From an uncultured Verrucomicrobiae bacterium (GTDB lineage: Bacteria; Verrucomicrobiota; Verrucomicrobiia; Limisphaerales; UBA11358): DNA of 64,000 bases. Positions 9,288-19,065 of the stretch are shown here, in pieces. Location: assembly GCA_963827205.1 (NCBI GenBank), contig CAWHAH010000002.1:194433-258432 (forward strand), written 5' to 3'. The position numbers and the translations under genes are program-made. How positions within the stretch are numbered: the stretch's first letter is position 1; every line of letters starts with the position of its first letter. The notes under the pieces are model-generated. The model saw only the letters and a list, made by a program, of their open reading frames with translations. It did not search any database and was not told the DNA's origin.

Positions 9288-12200
9288 ATGGCGTATCCGA
9301 CACTCGTTATGGCACCGGCACCCGGCGAACGCCTCCTGCGCTTCGTCGGTGACCGCGTTCGCTTCTCCGTCCGCGGTGCGGGCGCGTTCTCCGCCCGGCG
9401 CACCCTGCTGCGCACCAATCTCGGCCGCGCCGCCGCGCGCCGCCGCGAAATCATCGCCGCCCACGCGGGTGGTGCCGCTCACGCCGGGGCCTCCTGGCGC
9501 GATGTGCCAATGCAAAAAACCGGCAACGGCTGGGAAATCGAATTGCCGCTGGCTGAAGTTGGTTTCTTCAAGGCCAAGGCTTATCTGCTGGACGAAAAAA
9601 ACTGGCAGCATTGGCCGGAAGGCCCGGATGTTGGCATCAGTGTTCATCCGGATTTTGCCCGCACCGCCAACACCATTTACTGCGCCTTCACGCGGTTGTT
9701 CGGTGCAACAAGGACTCTGGCTGCCACGCGCGACGAGAAACTCGAAGCGCAAATCAAATCGCTCGACAGGAAAAACTTCACCGTCATCCCGCCCTCCGGC
9801 AAACTGCGCGACCTCGCACGCCGGCTGCCGCACATCATTCACACTCTCGGCTGCCGCATCGTTCACCTGCTGCCGGTGCAGCCCGTGCCAACGACGTTCG
9901 CGCGGTTTGGCCGCTTCGGCAGCCCGTATGCGAGTCTCGATTTGACGGCGATTGACCCGGCGCTGGTCGAATTAGACCGCCGCACCACCGGCGTGGAGCA
10001 GTTTTGCGAATTGGCCTGCGCCGCGCATTCGCTCGGCGCGCGGGTTTTCCTCGACATTGTCACCAACCACACCGGCTGGGGTTCGTCCTTGCAGGAAAAT
10101 CATCCCGGATTTTTCGTGCGCCAGCCCGACGGCACCTCCGCCAGCCCCGGCGCGTGGGGAACCACCTGGGAAGACCTGGTCGAACTGAAGCAGGGCAGCG
10201 TCGCGCTTTGGGACAAAATCGCCGATGCGCTTTTGATCTGGTGCCGGCGAGGCGTGGATGGTTTCCGGTGTGATGCCGGATACAAGATTCCCGTGCCCGC
10301 GTGGCAATACATCATTGCCTGCGTGCAGGATGAATTTCCCGAAACCATTTTCCTGCTCGAAGGCCTGGGCGGCTCGTGGGAAACCACCGAAGCGCTGTTG
10401 ACCGACGGAGGCATGCAGTGGGCTTATTCGGAACTTTTCCAAAATTATTCCGGTCGCCAGGTCGCCGATTACCTCGATTACGTAAACCGCCAGAGTTCGC
10501 GCGTCGGTACTTACATTCATTACTCCGAAACGCACGACAACGACCGCCTCGCTGAAAAGGGCCGTGCGTGGTCGCTGCTGCGAAATCGTCTTTGCGCGTT
10601 GGCCAGCGCCAATGGCGGATTCGGCTTCACCGGCGGTGTCGAATGGCTGGCCGCCGAAAAAATCCGCGTCCATGGCTGCACCGGACTGAATTGGGACAGC
10701 CGCGATAACATCATTCCCGAACTCGCACAACTGAATAAACTGCTCGCCGACCATCCATGCTTCTTCGATGGCGCAAAGCTCACACGCCTGAGCGCGCCCG
10801 ACTCGGTGGTCTATGCACTGCTCCGCGAATCCGCCGAGGGCAAAGATTCCGTTCTCGTCCTCGTCAACACGGACGTTGGGGAGGGAAATTTAATCACGAT
10901 TTCCAATTCCGAATTCCGAATTCCGAACTCCGAAATTGATTTGCTCGGCCAGCCGTTGCCAGAACCGTCTGCCGAAAACGACAAAATCACCTTTAAGCTC
11001 GCACCCGGTGCCTGTCATTGCCTCGCGCCGACGGCGGAACCGCGCGGTTTGAGCGGCGATGCCTACCGCCGCGCCCGCGCGCAGGCCGCGTTTGCGATTC
11101 AGGCGTTGAACCAAATTTTGCCGATTGAAAACGTTGACGGCTTGGATTGGCGCTGGCTCGCGGAACAGGTCGAAGCCTCGCCCTCAAATTTCCTCGCTGC
11201 CGCCAGCGCATTTGCCGCGCAGGGAGCAAAGAGTTCGCTGGCCGAACTGTTGCGCAAGGGTGCACAAGGAGAAAATTTCCCCCGCGTTGTCACTTGGACC
11301 TTGCTCGACCATCGCCGGGTCACGCTCGTACCGCCAGGTCACTGGCTGCTGATTCAAGATTCGACGCCATTCCGCGCCACGCTCTCTCCCCGGACGCCGG
11401 ACGTCAAACCCCGGAACCCGATCCATGTCCAGTCCATGCCTGTCCGCGACGGCCACGTCGCCTGCTTCGCGCCGCGCGAAATCGCGGCGGATGCCGAATT
11501 GGTTTTGGAACGCTATGCCACCATCTCGCAAAAAGTTTCTGCGACCATTCGCTTTCTTTCCACCCTTCCGAACTCCGAACTCCGGACTCCGAGCTCCGAC
11601 GCCCTCGTCCTGCTCACGAACGGACGCGGCGGCATGGCGCGGATTGGCGTGGACTTGGGCCGCGTGAATTCCAAATACGACTGCGTGCTCGGCGCCAATC
11701 TCGATGCAAACCTTCCCGTGGACCGTCACATCTTCGTCAAACGCCTCCGCGTCTGGGTCAACGCCGACGGTTTTCTCTCGCCGCTCGATTTCGAAAATCT
11801 CGCGGGCTTCAACGTCGGCCCGTCTGCGCACTGGCGGTTCGTCGCCAACGCTGGCGATGGCCGCACGGTGGAAATAGAACTGCGAGCTGAAATGCTTGAA
11901 GGCAAAAATACGACGGTCTTGCGCTTCAGCCGTCCGGACGCCGACCACGCCGCCGGTAAACAATTGCCCGCCGATGCCGACGTGCGCCTGACGGTGCGTT
12001 TCGACATTGAAGACCGGAATTTCCATTGGGAAACGAAACGCAACGGGGGCGCGGACTATCATTTTTCAACGAACACGCACAAATTCCCGGACCCCGGACC
12101 CAAGCGCCAGGACTCGATTTGCGGTTTTGACTTCAACCCCGCGCCGGATCGCCAGCTTCGCGTCTTTGCCGATAGCGGCGAATACCATCCGCAACCGGAA

Positions 12201-13721
12201 TGGTGTGAGAACATTCCGCACCCGGTCGAGCAAAGTCGCGGGCAGACCGGCAGCGGCGACGCGTACAGTCCCGGCTGGTTTGAATTGCCTTTGCCGAAAG
12301 GCGCAAGCGTCACCCTGGTCGCAACGGCGGAGGCAGTGGATTCGTGCTCCCTCACCCCGGTCCTCTCCCCGGAGGAGAGGGAGAATCGTCGTCAGTCGGT
12401 TGGCGAATCGGGTGGGGCTGGAACTGACGCGGGACGAACTTTGCTGTTCCCTCTCCCCGAGGGAGAGGGTCAGGGTGAGGGGAAACCGGCTGGTAATTTC
12501 TTTGAAGCGCAGTTAATTCGCGGCGCCAAACAATTTGTCGTCCGCCGTGACGAAGGCAAAACTGTCATTGCCGGTTATCCGTGGTTTCTGGATTGGGGGC
12601 GTGACACGTTCATTTGCGCGCGCGGTTTGCTGGCCGCGGGGATGGTCGAGGAGGTGAAGCAAATTCTGCTCACGTTCGCAAAATTTGAAAAGGATGGCAC
12701 ACTGCCGAATGCAATTCACGGCCAGGATGCCTCCAACCGCGACACGTCCGACGCGTCGCTGTGGTTCGCGCTTGCGTGTGAAGAATTTTCACGCGCCGCG
12801 CAACGCGATTTTTACTCAGCGCCCGTTGATTCCAACCGCACCATTCGTGATGTGCTGACAAGCATCGCGGAAAATTACGCACGCGGCGCGCCCAATGGCA
12901 TCCGCCTGGACGCGGATTCAGCGTTGATCTGGAGTCCGGCTCATTTCACCTGGATGGACACAAACCATCCCGCCGGCACGCCGCGCGAAGGGTATCCGAT
13001 TGAAATTCAGGCGCTGTGGGTCCGCCTGCTGCGGTTGCTTGAAAAAATCGGCGCCGCCGCCGACCAAAAAAGATGGCGCGACCTCACCAACCATTCGCTG
13101 GCTTCGCTGGAAAAATATTTCTGGCTCGAAGAGAAAGGCTGGTTCGCCGATGTGCTGCTGGCCGAACCCGGTGTCACTGCGCGTGAAGCCAAACCCGATG
13201 ATGCGTTACGCAGCAATTATCTGTTTGCCGTCAGTCTCGGCCTGGTGACCGGCGAACGCGCCAAACGCTGCGTCACCGCCGCGCAAAAATACCTCGTCGT
13301 GCCCGGCGCGTTGCGTTCGCTGGCGCCGCTGCCGGTTTCCGTTCCGCTGCCGGTTTACGGCAACGACGGCCGGCTTTTGAACAATCCGGTCGAACCGTAT
13401 TGGCCGCGGTACGAAGGCGACGAGGACACACACCGCAAACCCGCGTATCACAACGGCACGGCGTGGACATGGACTTTCCCCGGTTTTTGCGAAGCACTGG
13501 CCCGGGCTTGGGATTTTCACCCCGACGCGGTGGCGGCAGCAAAGGCGTACCTCGGCAGCATGGAACAGTTGATAAACGCGGGCTGTCTCGGCCAAATCCC
13601 GGAAATTCTCGACGGCGATGAACCACACACCCAGCGCGGTTGTGACGCGCAAGCTTGGGGAGTGACGGAAGCGCTGCGTGTCTGGAAATTGCTGTCGGGA
13701 AAGCAGGAAATCATCCCTTGA
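9288..13721 (+). CDS. GH13 alpha-amylase-family domain fused to glycogen debranching enzyme (amylo-alpha-1,6-glucosidase, GDE_C)
   Basis: 1477-aa uninterrupted ORF. GH13 regions DIVTNH, GFRCDAGYK, LLEGLG, YSETHDN. C-terminal GYPWFLDWGRDT and HNGTAWTW match the (alpha/alpha)6 GDE fold. Confidence 0.85.
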   Translation: MAYPTLVMAPAPGERLLRFVGDRVRFSVRGAGAFSARRTLLRTNLGRAAARRREIIAAHAGGAAHAGASWRDVPMQKTGNGWEIELPLAEVGFFKAKAYLLDEKNWQHWPEGPDVGISVHPDFARTANTIYCAFTRLFGATRTLAATRDEKLEAQIKSLDRKNFTVIPPSGKLRDLARRLPHIIHTLGCRIVHLLPVQPVPTTFARFGRFGSPYASLDLTAIDPALVELDRRTTGVEQFCELACAAHSLGARVFLDIVTNHTGWGSSLQENHPGFFVRQPDGTSASPGAWGTTWEDLVELKQGSVALWDKIADALLIWCRRGVDGFRCDAGYKIPVPAWQYIIACVQDEFPETIFLLEGLGGSWETTEALLTDGGMQWAYSELFQNYSGRQVADYLDYVNRQSSRVGTYIHYSETHDNDRLAEKGRAWSLLRNRLCALASANGGFGFTGGVEWLAAEKIRVHGCTGLNWDSRDNIIPELAQLNKLLADHPCFFDGAKLTRLSAPDSVVYALLRESAEGKDSVLVLVNTDVGEGNLITISNSEFRIPNSEIDLLGQPLPEPSAENDKITFKLAPGACHCLAPTAEPRGLSGDAYRRARAQAAFAIQALNQILPIENVDGLDWRWLAEQVEASPSNFLAAASAFAAQGAKSSLAELLRKGAQGENFPRVVTWTLLDHRRVTLVPPGHWLLIQDSTPFRATLSPRTPDVKPRNPIHVQSMPVRDGHVACFAPREIAADAELVLERYATISQKVSATIRFLSTLPNSELRTPSSDALVLLTNGRGGMARIGVDLGRVNSKYDCVLGANLDANLPVDRHIFVKRLRVWVNADGFLSPLDFENLAGFNVGPSAHWRFVANAGDGRTVEIELRAEMLEGKNTTVLRFSRPDADHAAGKQLPADADVRLTVRFDIEDRNFHWETKRNGGADYHFSTNTHKFPDPGPKRQDSICGFDFNPAPDRQLRVFADSGEYHPQPEWCENIPHPVEQSRGQTGSGDAYSPGWFELPLPKGASVTLVATAEAVDSCSLTPVLSPEERENRRQSVGESGGAGTDAGRTLLFPLPEGEGQGEGKPAGNFFEAQLIRGAKQFVVRRDEGKTVIAGYPWFLDWGRDTFICARGLLAAGMVEEVKQILLTFAKFEKDGTLPNAIHGQDASNRDTSDASLWFALACEEFSRAAQRDFYSAPVDSNRTIRDVLTSIAENYARGAPNGIRLDADSALIWSPAHFTWMDTNHPAGTPREGYPIEIQALWVRLLRLLEKIGAAADQKRWRDLTNHSLASLEKYFWLEEKGWFADVLLAEPGVTAREAKPDDALRSNYLFAVSLGLVTGERAKRCVTAAQKYLVVPGALRSLAPLPVSVPLPVYGNDGRLLNNPVEPYWPRYEGDEDTHRKPAYHNGTAWTWTFPGFCEALARAWDFHPDAVAAAKAYLGSMEQLINAGCLGQIPEILDGDEPHTQRGCDAQAWGVTEALRVWKLLSGKQEIIP
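10901..10934 (+). repeat. in-frame heptamer array (TTCCGAA)x5 inside the GH13-GDE gene
   Basis: ttccaa ttccgaa ttccgaa ttccgaa ctccgaa; translates ISNSEFRIPNSEI; palindromic around GAATTC. Confidence 0.85.
11566..11600 (+). repeat. in-frame heptamer array (YTCCGRN)x5 inside the GH13-GDE gene
   Basis: ttccgaa ctccgaa ctccgga ctccgag ctccgac; translates LPNSELRTPSSD. Confidence 0.85.
12349..12481 (+). repeat. ~133-bp palindromic (MITE/REP-like) element inserted in frame in the GH13-GDE gene
   Basis: Left end ccctcaccccggtcctctccccggaggagaggga matches the reverse complement of right end tccctctccccgagggagagggtcagggtgaggg (about 27/34). Each end also contains its own small hairpin. Translates LTPVLSPEERE...PLPEGEGQGEG. 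Confidence 0.75.
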
Positions 13722-13728
13722 GCGCACC

Positions 13729-14859
13729 GTGCACATTCTGATCGCCCCCAACGCCTTTAAAAACAGCTTGGACGCTACTGCCGTGACCGAGGCCATCCGC
13801 AAGGGATTGCAACGGAGCAAACTGAAATGTACCTGCGAATGTTTCCCAATCGGTGACGGGGGCGATGGCACGGCAAGCCTGTTAATCCAAAGATGCCGTG
13901 GCAAAGTTGTGCCCGCCCAAGTCCACGATCCGCTCGGAAGAAAAATCCGCGTCAGGTTCGGATTGATTGACAGTGGCGCCACGGCGGTGATTGAAATGGC
14001 CGACGCCTCCGGCTTGCGGTTGCTGCGCCGTGAAGAGTTTGATCCGTTGCATGCCAACACCTTTGGCACCGGCGAGCTGATAAAATGTGCGCTGGACCGG
14101 GGCGTCAATAAAATCATCATCGGAATTGGTGGCAGCGCCACGGTGGATGGCGCCACCGGTATCTTGCAGGCATTGGGCGTGCGTTTTCTAGATGCCGGCG
14201 GAAAAAATTTATCGAACCTGCCGGCAGACCTTGCTGACTTGGAATCCATTGATCTGTCCGGCTTGGACCAAAGGATATCGCATTGTGCCCTGACCATTCT
14301 TTGTGACGTGGAGAATTTTCTGCTGGGTGAAGAAGGCGCGGCAAAAGTTTTCGGCCCGCAAAAAGGAGCAAGCAGACTGGTCATAAAAAGGCTGGAAGCC
14401 GCCCTCACAAAATTGCGTGACGTCGTGTTGCGGCAAACCGGCAAAGATCTCGCCGCGATTAAACATGGAGGCGCGGCTGGCGGCGTGGCCGCCGGATTAC
14501 ACGGATTTCTGAACGCAAAGCTGGTAAAGGGAATAGACTATTTCCTGGATGTCACCGGTTTTGAGGATGCTTTGCAAAAAGCCGACCTCGTCATCACGGG
14601 TGAAGGGCGCTTGGACAAACAAACGTTGCGCGGCAAGGGACCGTTCGGGGTTGCGTTGAGAGCCAGCGGAAAAAATATTCCGGTGATTGGCCTGGCCGGC
14701 CAGGTGGCGCTGGCGGCGAATGCACCATTGCGACAATATTTTGTCCAGTTGTTGGCCATCGGCCATGCGTCCGTTGAATTGGACAAAGCCATGAAGAATA
14801 CCGCGCAAGACCTGCGGCGGACGGCGATGGAACTGGGGAACCGGCTGGCTGTGAAATAA
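13729..14859 (+). CDS. glycerate kinase
   Basis: ORF from 13678 trimmed to in-frame GTG 13729 (upstream gene stops at 13721). Family signatures ILIAPNAFKNSL, FPIGDGGDGT, ITGEGRLDKQTL. Confidence 0.85.
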   Translation: MHILIAPNAFKNSLDATAVTEAIRKGLQRSKLKCTCECFPIGDGGDGTASLLIQRCRGKVVPAQVHDPLGRKIRVRFGLIDSGATAVIEMADASGLRLLRREEFDPLHANTFGTGELIKCALDRGVNKIIIGIGGSATVDGATGILQALGVRFLDAGGKNLSNLPADLADLESIDLSGLDQRISHCALTILCDVENFLLGEEGAAKVFGPQKGASRLVIKRLEAALTKLRDVVLRQTGKDLAAIKHGGAAGGVAAGLHGFLNAKLVKGIDYFLDVTGFEDALQKADLVITGEGRLDKQTLRGKGPFGVALRASGKNIPVIGLAGQVALAANAPLRQYFVQLLAIGHASVELDKAMKNTAQDLRRTAMELGNRLAVK

Positions 14860-15041
14860 GTCTGGTCACCTCGTCTCCGACATAAATAACGGATGGTAGA
14901 GCGGGCACTCCGTTGCCTGCCGATGGGTTGCGAATGGACAACGGCGCGCACGGACTGCCGCGCCCTGACAAGTAACAGCGAGGGTGGATCTGTCGCGCCG
15001 TAGCCGGGCGAACGCGGAAGGGAACTCTTTTCCTGAAATCA

Positions 15042-16778
15042 TTATCCTAATTTGTGTAGCTGCTGCTGTGCAAAGGCGACCTCGTTGTTTTGGGGTGGTG
15101 CCACTGCGATGTAATTACGGTAACTCTGTCTCGCTTCCCGTAAACGTCCGAGAGTCTGTTCTGTTTTTGCTTTCCACAACCAGGCATTGGCGTAGTGCGG
15201 ATTTATTACCAAAGCGTTATCGAGGCATCTAATCGCCTCACGATCCCGGCGAAGCTTAAGCAAAGCGTTGGCTTTTTGGAACCAAGAGATAGCGTTTCTG
15301 GGGTCGAGTGCTAAAGCCTTGTCGAAATTGGTAATTGCCTCGTCTAGCCGGCCAAGCTCGCAGAGCGTCACTCCGCGGTTACTCCACACGGCGAAGTCCT
15401 TTGGATTGATTGCGAGTGCCTTATCATAACACCGAATTGCCTCCTTGTGCGTTCTGAAGCGGGAATAGCAGTCACCCATTCCACTCCAAGCTTGAGCGAA
15501 ATTTGCATCAAATCCCAGTGCTTTCTGGAAGCAAGCTCCTGCTTCCTTGTAACGCCCCAATTTATAAAGAGCGCTGCCTTTGTTATACCAGTTATCCGCC
15601 GCTAATGGCTCGATTGCCAAAACCCTGTCGAAACATGCGATTGCCTCATCCGCCCGGCCGAGGGCGACGAGAGAGCACCCCTTGTGGTTCCAGAAAATGA
15701 CTGACTCTGTGTCCGTTACCGGCGCTTGAACTGTTCTTCCGGTTCGTTCGCGTAGTATCTTTTCGAGGTCAGAACGCAAATCGCGAAAACCGCCATAGCG
15801 CTGCGATGGTTCCGCTTGGAGGCACTTTCCAATTACCGACCGCAGCGGCCCATTAACACGAGGCAATAGGCCAGACATCTGCTGTCTGTAAATAACCTCC
15901 AGATAGTTTTCGATTTCTGGACAATGTTGACCAGCAAAGGGAGGTGCGGGACTTCCGTTAGCCATTTGCGCAAGGACAAGCCCAAAACTGTAAACGTCAC
16001 TTCTTTCATCTGCAGATTCTCCACGATAAACTTCTGGAGCTATGTAACCCGGCGTGCCGCAGACCTGCCTCCCGCCCACTTGAACCAAACTCAAGCCGAA
16101 CTCGCCTTCCTTGCCGCTGGTAGCGAAGGAATCGCCTCCGGCTCCTTGTGCATGCTTAGCCATCGCCGCACCAGCGGCGAGCCCAAAATCAGCAATTTTG
16201 ACCGTTCCCTTGCCTGTAATTAAGATGTTCGCGGGTTTGATGTCTTGATGGCACCTGACTCCGAGGGCGCTGGCATGCTCCATGCCAAAGCAGAACTGAA
16301 TTGCCCAGTCCAAGCTCTGATTTGTATCCAAAGGACAGTTACTCCGCTTCAAGTGGTCTCGAAGGCTTATCCGTCCGTTCTGATCAACGACACACTCCAT
16401 CTCCACGAACAATCGTCCGGAGTATTCAAAAACTTTATACGCTTCTAAGATGTTGGGGTGTTTCCCCAAACTCACCCGGACCGATAATTCCCGCTTAAAT
16501 GCTTCGCGCGTGGCAGCACTTGCCAGAAATTCATCACGGAACGTCTTAAGTGCGTAAAATTGCTGGTCCGATAGGCGTAAGACGAGATACACGACGCCAC
16601 CACCCCCTTTTCCTAGCATGCCGACAACTTCGTACCCACCGCCGATACGATCTCCCGCTTGGTAGATTGCCCCAGGCTCACATGGAAATATTTCTCCAAG
16701 CCCCTTCTTCAGATTGGGTTTCTTGGCGTCTTCCCTGCCACCGAAAACGTTGCCAAAGAATTTCTGGAAACCTTCCAT
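15042..16778 (-). CDS. Ser/Thr protein kinase with C-terminal TPR repeats
   Basis: 578-aa ORF with Hanks motifs (YALKTF, HQDIKPANILI, KIADFGLA, GTPGYIAPE) followed by about 6 TPR units. Confidence 0.85.
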   Translation of the reverse strand: MEGFQKFFGNVFGGREDAKKPNLKKGLGEIFPCEPGAIYQAGDRIGGGYEVVGMLGKGGGGVVYLVLRLSDQQFYALKTFRDEFLASAATREAFKRELSVRVSLGKHPNILEAYKVFEYSGRLFVEMECVVDQNGRISLRDHLKRSNCPLDTNQSLDWAIQFCFGMEHASALGVRCHQDIKPANILITGKGTVKIADFGLAAGAAMAKHAQGAGGDSFATSGKEGEFGLSLVQVGGRQVCGTPGYIAPEVYRGESADERSDVYSFGLVLAQMANGSPAPPFAGQHCPEIENYLEVIYRQQMSGLLPRVNGPLRSVIGKCLQAEPSQRYGGFRDLRSDLEKILRERTGRTVQAPVTDTESVIFWNHKGCSLVALGRADEAIACFDRVLAIEPLAADNWYNKGSALYKLGRYKEAGACFQKALGFDANFAQAWSGMGDCYSRFRTHKEAIRCYDKALAINPKDFAVWSNRGVTLCELGRLDEAITNFDKALALDPRNAISWFQKANALLKLRRDREAIRCLDNALVINPHYANAWLWKAKTEQTLGRLREARQSYRNYIAVAPPQNNEVAFAQQQLHKLG

Positions 16779-16838
16779 ACAAAATTGATAGGTAGCATGA
16801 AAGCTGCCCGAATCGCAAGCAAGTTACCGTGTTGTCGC

Positions 16839-17385
16839 TCAACCGTAAGGTTTCCTGTGAAACGCGTCCTGGCAATGCGCACCCCACACGTCCGAGGGGT
16901 ATAGGCCGATGAGCCGCGCGGCCCCATAAGCATCGAAATCCGTGTGGTCCGCCACCCAAATCTCAGCGAAACCAGCGGATACAAAATCACCGGCAAGACA
17001 CTGCTCCGAGAACCAGCGCAGCGATCCAAATGTGTAATCAACCAGCTTAACAACCAAAATGGTGTTCGCCAGCAGTCGCCAGTGGCCGCGCAGCCGCTTT
17101 CGTGCTTTCTGGGCGACTATGCGTGAATGCATCGGGAAGATCATAGGTATCCATCGCCATGCTCTCTGCCCAAATGCGGTCCCGCGTCGCTATCTCGTAA
17201 TCATGTTGCGGTCGGGTTAGCTCGACACCAACAAGCTCTCCCGTGGGTCGCCTGCAAATGAAGTCCGGACGCTCTCCACACCCAACGACCTCCAGCGCTT
17301 GGCCGGTAACTTCCGCGTATGCGTCTAGAAAGTGATATAAATCCTCTTCCTCAACCATTTTCTGTCCAATATATTGGTCTGACAT
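16839..17385 (-). pseudogene. possible frameshifted hypothetical gene (PD-(D/E)xK-like N-terminal part?)
   Basis: ORF from ATG 17385 (MSDQYIG..GERPDFICRR..VGVELT) stops at 17047. A second frame is open from about 17175 to 16839. Together they would give roughly 180 aa. Confidence 0.3.
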
Positions 17386-17492
17386 TTTCGTACTTTCTGC
17401 CGACGAACCTAAACCTAAACTCGGAAAAATCCACCCCATCCTCACGTTGTCACAGATCAACGCGCTCTTTGAAGGGGTCAGTCGGTGGTGTC

Positions 17493-17846
17493 CTAACTCA
17501 CTATTGCTGTTAATTTGACATTCTCTTCTTTTAGGCGGTGAATTTCCGCAATCAATTCTGGAATGTCTGTCCGAGAGTGTGCTATAAGTTCGCAAGTCCT
17601 TTCGAACCGTTTGCCAATGTCAGCCTCCGAGCATGAGATCACGTATCCATTATCATCTCGAACAATCAATTCACTGATTCGCTGGTGTTTTTCTGGCGGC
17701 AAAAGCTCCGGCAAAATTCGCACTACAGATTCATCATGCGTGGCAATTACAATCCGACCGTTTTTCCCTATACCAACCATCCACGGCCCACGCTGCGCAG
17801 TATTACAACGACTTTCGATTTCTTCGAGTTTAGCTTCAGTCAACAT
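17493..17846 (-). CDS. hypothetical protein (small phage-associated Ea22-like type?)
   Basis: 117-aa ORF. PW motif near the N-terminus and AHSRTDIPELIAEIHRLKEEN near the C-terminus recall small prophage proteins; assigned from memory only. Confidence 0.45.
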   Translation of the reverse strand: MLTEAKLEEIESRCNTAQRGPWMVGIGKNGRIVIATHDESVVRILPELLPPEKHQRISELIVRDDNGYVISCSEADIGKRFERTCELIAHSRTDIPELIAEIHRLKEENVKLTAIVS

Positions 17847-18064
17847 AACTTTACCTTGTTTTGGAACATGCCCCGACTGGCTTGGTAGGAGCTGCCAGTC
17901 TCACCCTCCGCCGGACGTATCAGCCTACGTTGCCCTTGCGGGGGATGGAGAAATAAAACACAAAATTCGCAATAGTCAAACTACCCGCCCGGAGTTGTCG
18001 GCAATGGTATCGGACAATACGCCCGCAAAATGCGGAGCAAATAATAGGTATTCGGCGGTAGAGC

Positions 18065-18370
18065 ATGCACAACGGCTTGCACAGTTGTTTTCGCCGTGGT
18101 CTTTGTGAGCATAAATTTATGAAAACAAATTTGCGAATTTCATTCAGGAGTTATTGCCGGAACAAGCCGAATGCGTCGGCGGCGCTGGCGGCGAGCGGAG
18201 CGTTGCCGGAGAATGTGAATTACGCGGTCAAGAGCAGTTTTCTGTTGAGTTTCCTCGAGTCTGTCCCAGACGTGGCAAACAAGCTGAAAGCGCCAGTCAC
18301 GGTTGACCGGAAGTTTGAAGACGTGGTGAAGTCGGCGCAGGATGCGGCAGTGCTGGTGCTGGTGTATTGA
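18065..18370 (+). pseudogene. 3-prime remnant of a larger gene (trypsin-like/TPR protein C-terminus?)
   Basis: Only the last ~65 codons (NVNYAVKSSFLLSFLE...AAVLVLVY) look protein-like; no credible N-terminal domain or start. Confidence 0.3.
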
Positions 18371-18510
18371 AGATTTTTGCCGCAAAAGAACGCAAAGAAC
18401 ACATAGAAAAGAGGATTCACAAAATTACAACCAAGTTCTTCTCTTTGCGCTCTCTGCGTTCTCTTGCGGCTCAATTTTTTCGTGTAGTTCGTGTGTTTCG
18501 TGGTTTAATT
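18371..18510. repeat. palindromic intergenic repeat (ttgccgcaaaagaacgcaaagaac hairpin plus ttcgtgtgtttcgtggtt unit)
   Basis: 18377-18415 pairs imperfectly with 18437-18474. 18481-18508 carries cgtgtagttcgtgtgtttcgtggtt, whose reverse complement recurs at 19066-19090. Confidence 0.7.
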
Positions 18511-18578
18511 CTTTTTACTGCATCTTTGCTGTTTTCAAAATCGTTGCCAAGTGGCGGCGGGTGGACAAGAATTGCGCC

Positions 18579-19064
18579 GTGCATTTCCGCGACAAAATCA
18601 TTGCCTGGGACAAATTAGCAGCCTGGCGTGCGACGTTTCGTGCGACCGGCAAAAAACTGGTCGTGACCAACGGTTGCTTCGACATTCTGCACTTGGGCCA
18701 CGTGAGTTATCTGGAATCGGCACGCAACCTCGGTGACGCGCTGCTCGTTGGCATCAATGGCGATGCCGCAACGCGGCAGTTGAAAGGCCCGGGGCGCCCG
18801 GTGAATTCCGAGGCCGACCGCGCCGCCGTGCTCGCCGCGCTGGCGAGCGTGGACGGTGTCTGCATTTTCGCGGACAAGACGGCGACGGAATTCCTTTCGG
18901 CGGCCAGGCCCGATATTTATGTCAAAGGTGGCGATTACACCCCGGACACGTTGAACCATGCGGAGCGCCGCTCGGTCGAATCGGCGGGCGGAAAAATAGT
19001 GATTCTTCCGCTGGTCCCCGGCAAATCCACAACGGCGATGCTGGAGAAAATTTCGCGATTGTGA
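18579..19064 (+). CDS. hldC: D-glycero-beta-D-manno-heptose 1-phosphate adenylyltransferase (RfaE domain II type)
   Basis: ORF from 18342 trimmed to GTG 18579 (GTG 18561 is an alternative). Cytidylyltransferase motif NGCFDILHLGHVSYL; about 160 aa. Confidence 0.8.
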   Translation: MHFRDKIIAWDKLAAWRATFRATGKKLVVTNGCFDILHLGHVSYLESARNLGDALLVGINGDAATRQLKGPGRPVNSEADRAAVLAALASVDGVCIFADKTATEFLSAARPDIYVKGGDYTPDTLNHAERRSVESAGGKIVILPLVPGKSTTAMLEKISRL

Positions 19065-19065
19065 G

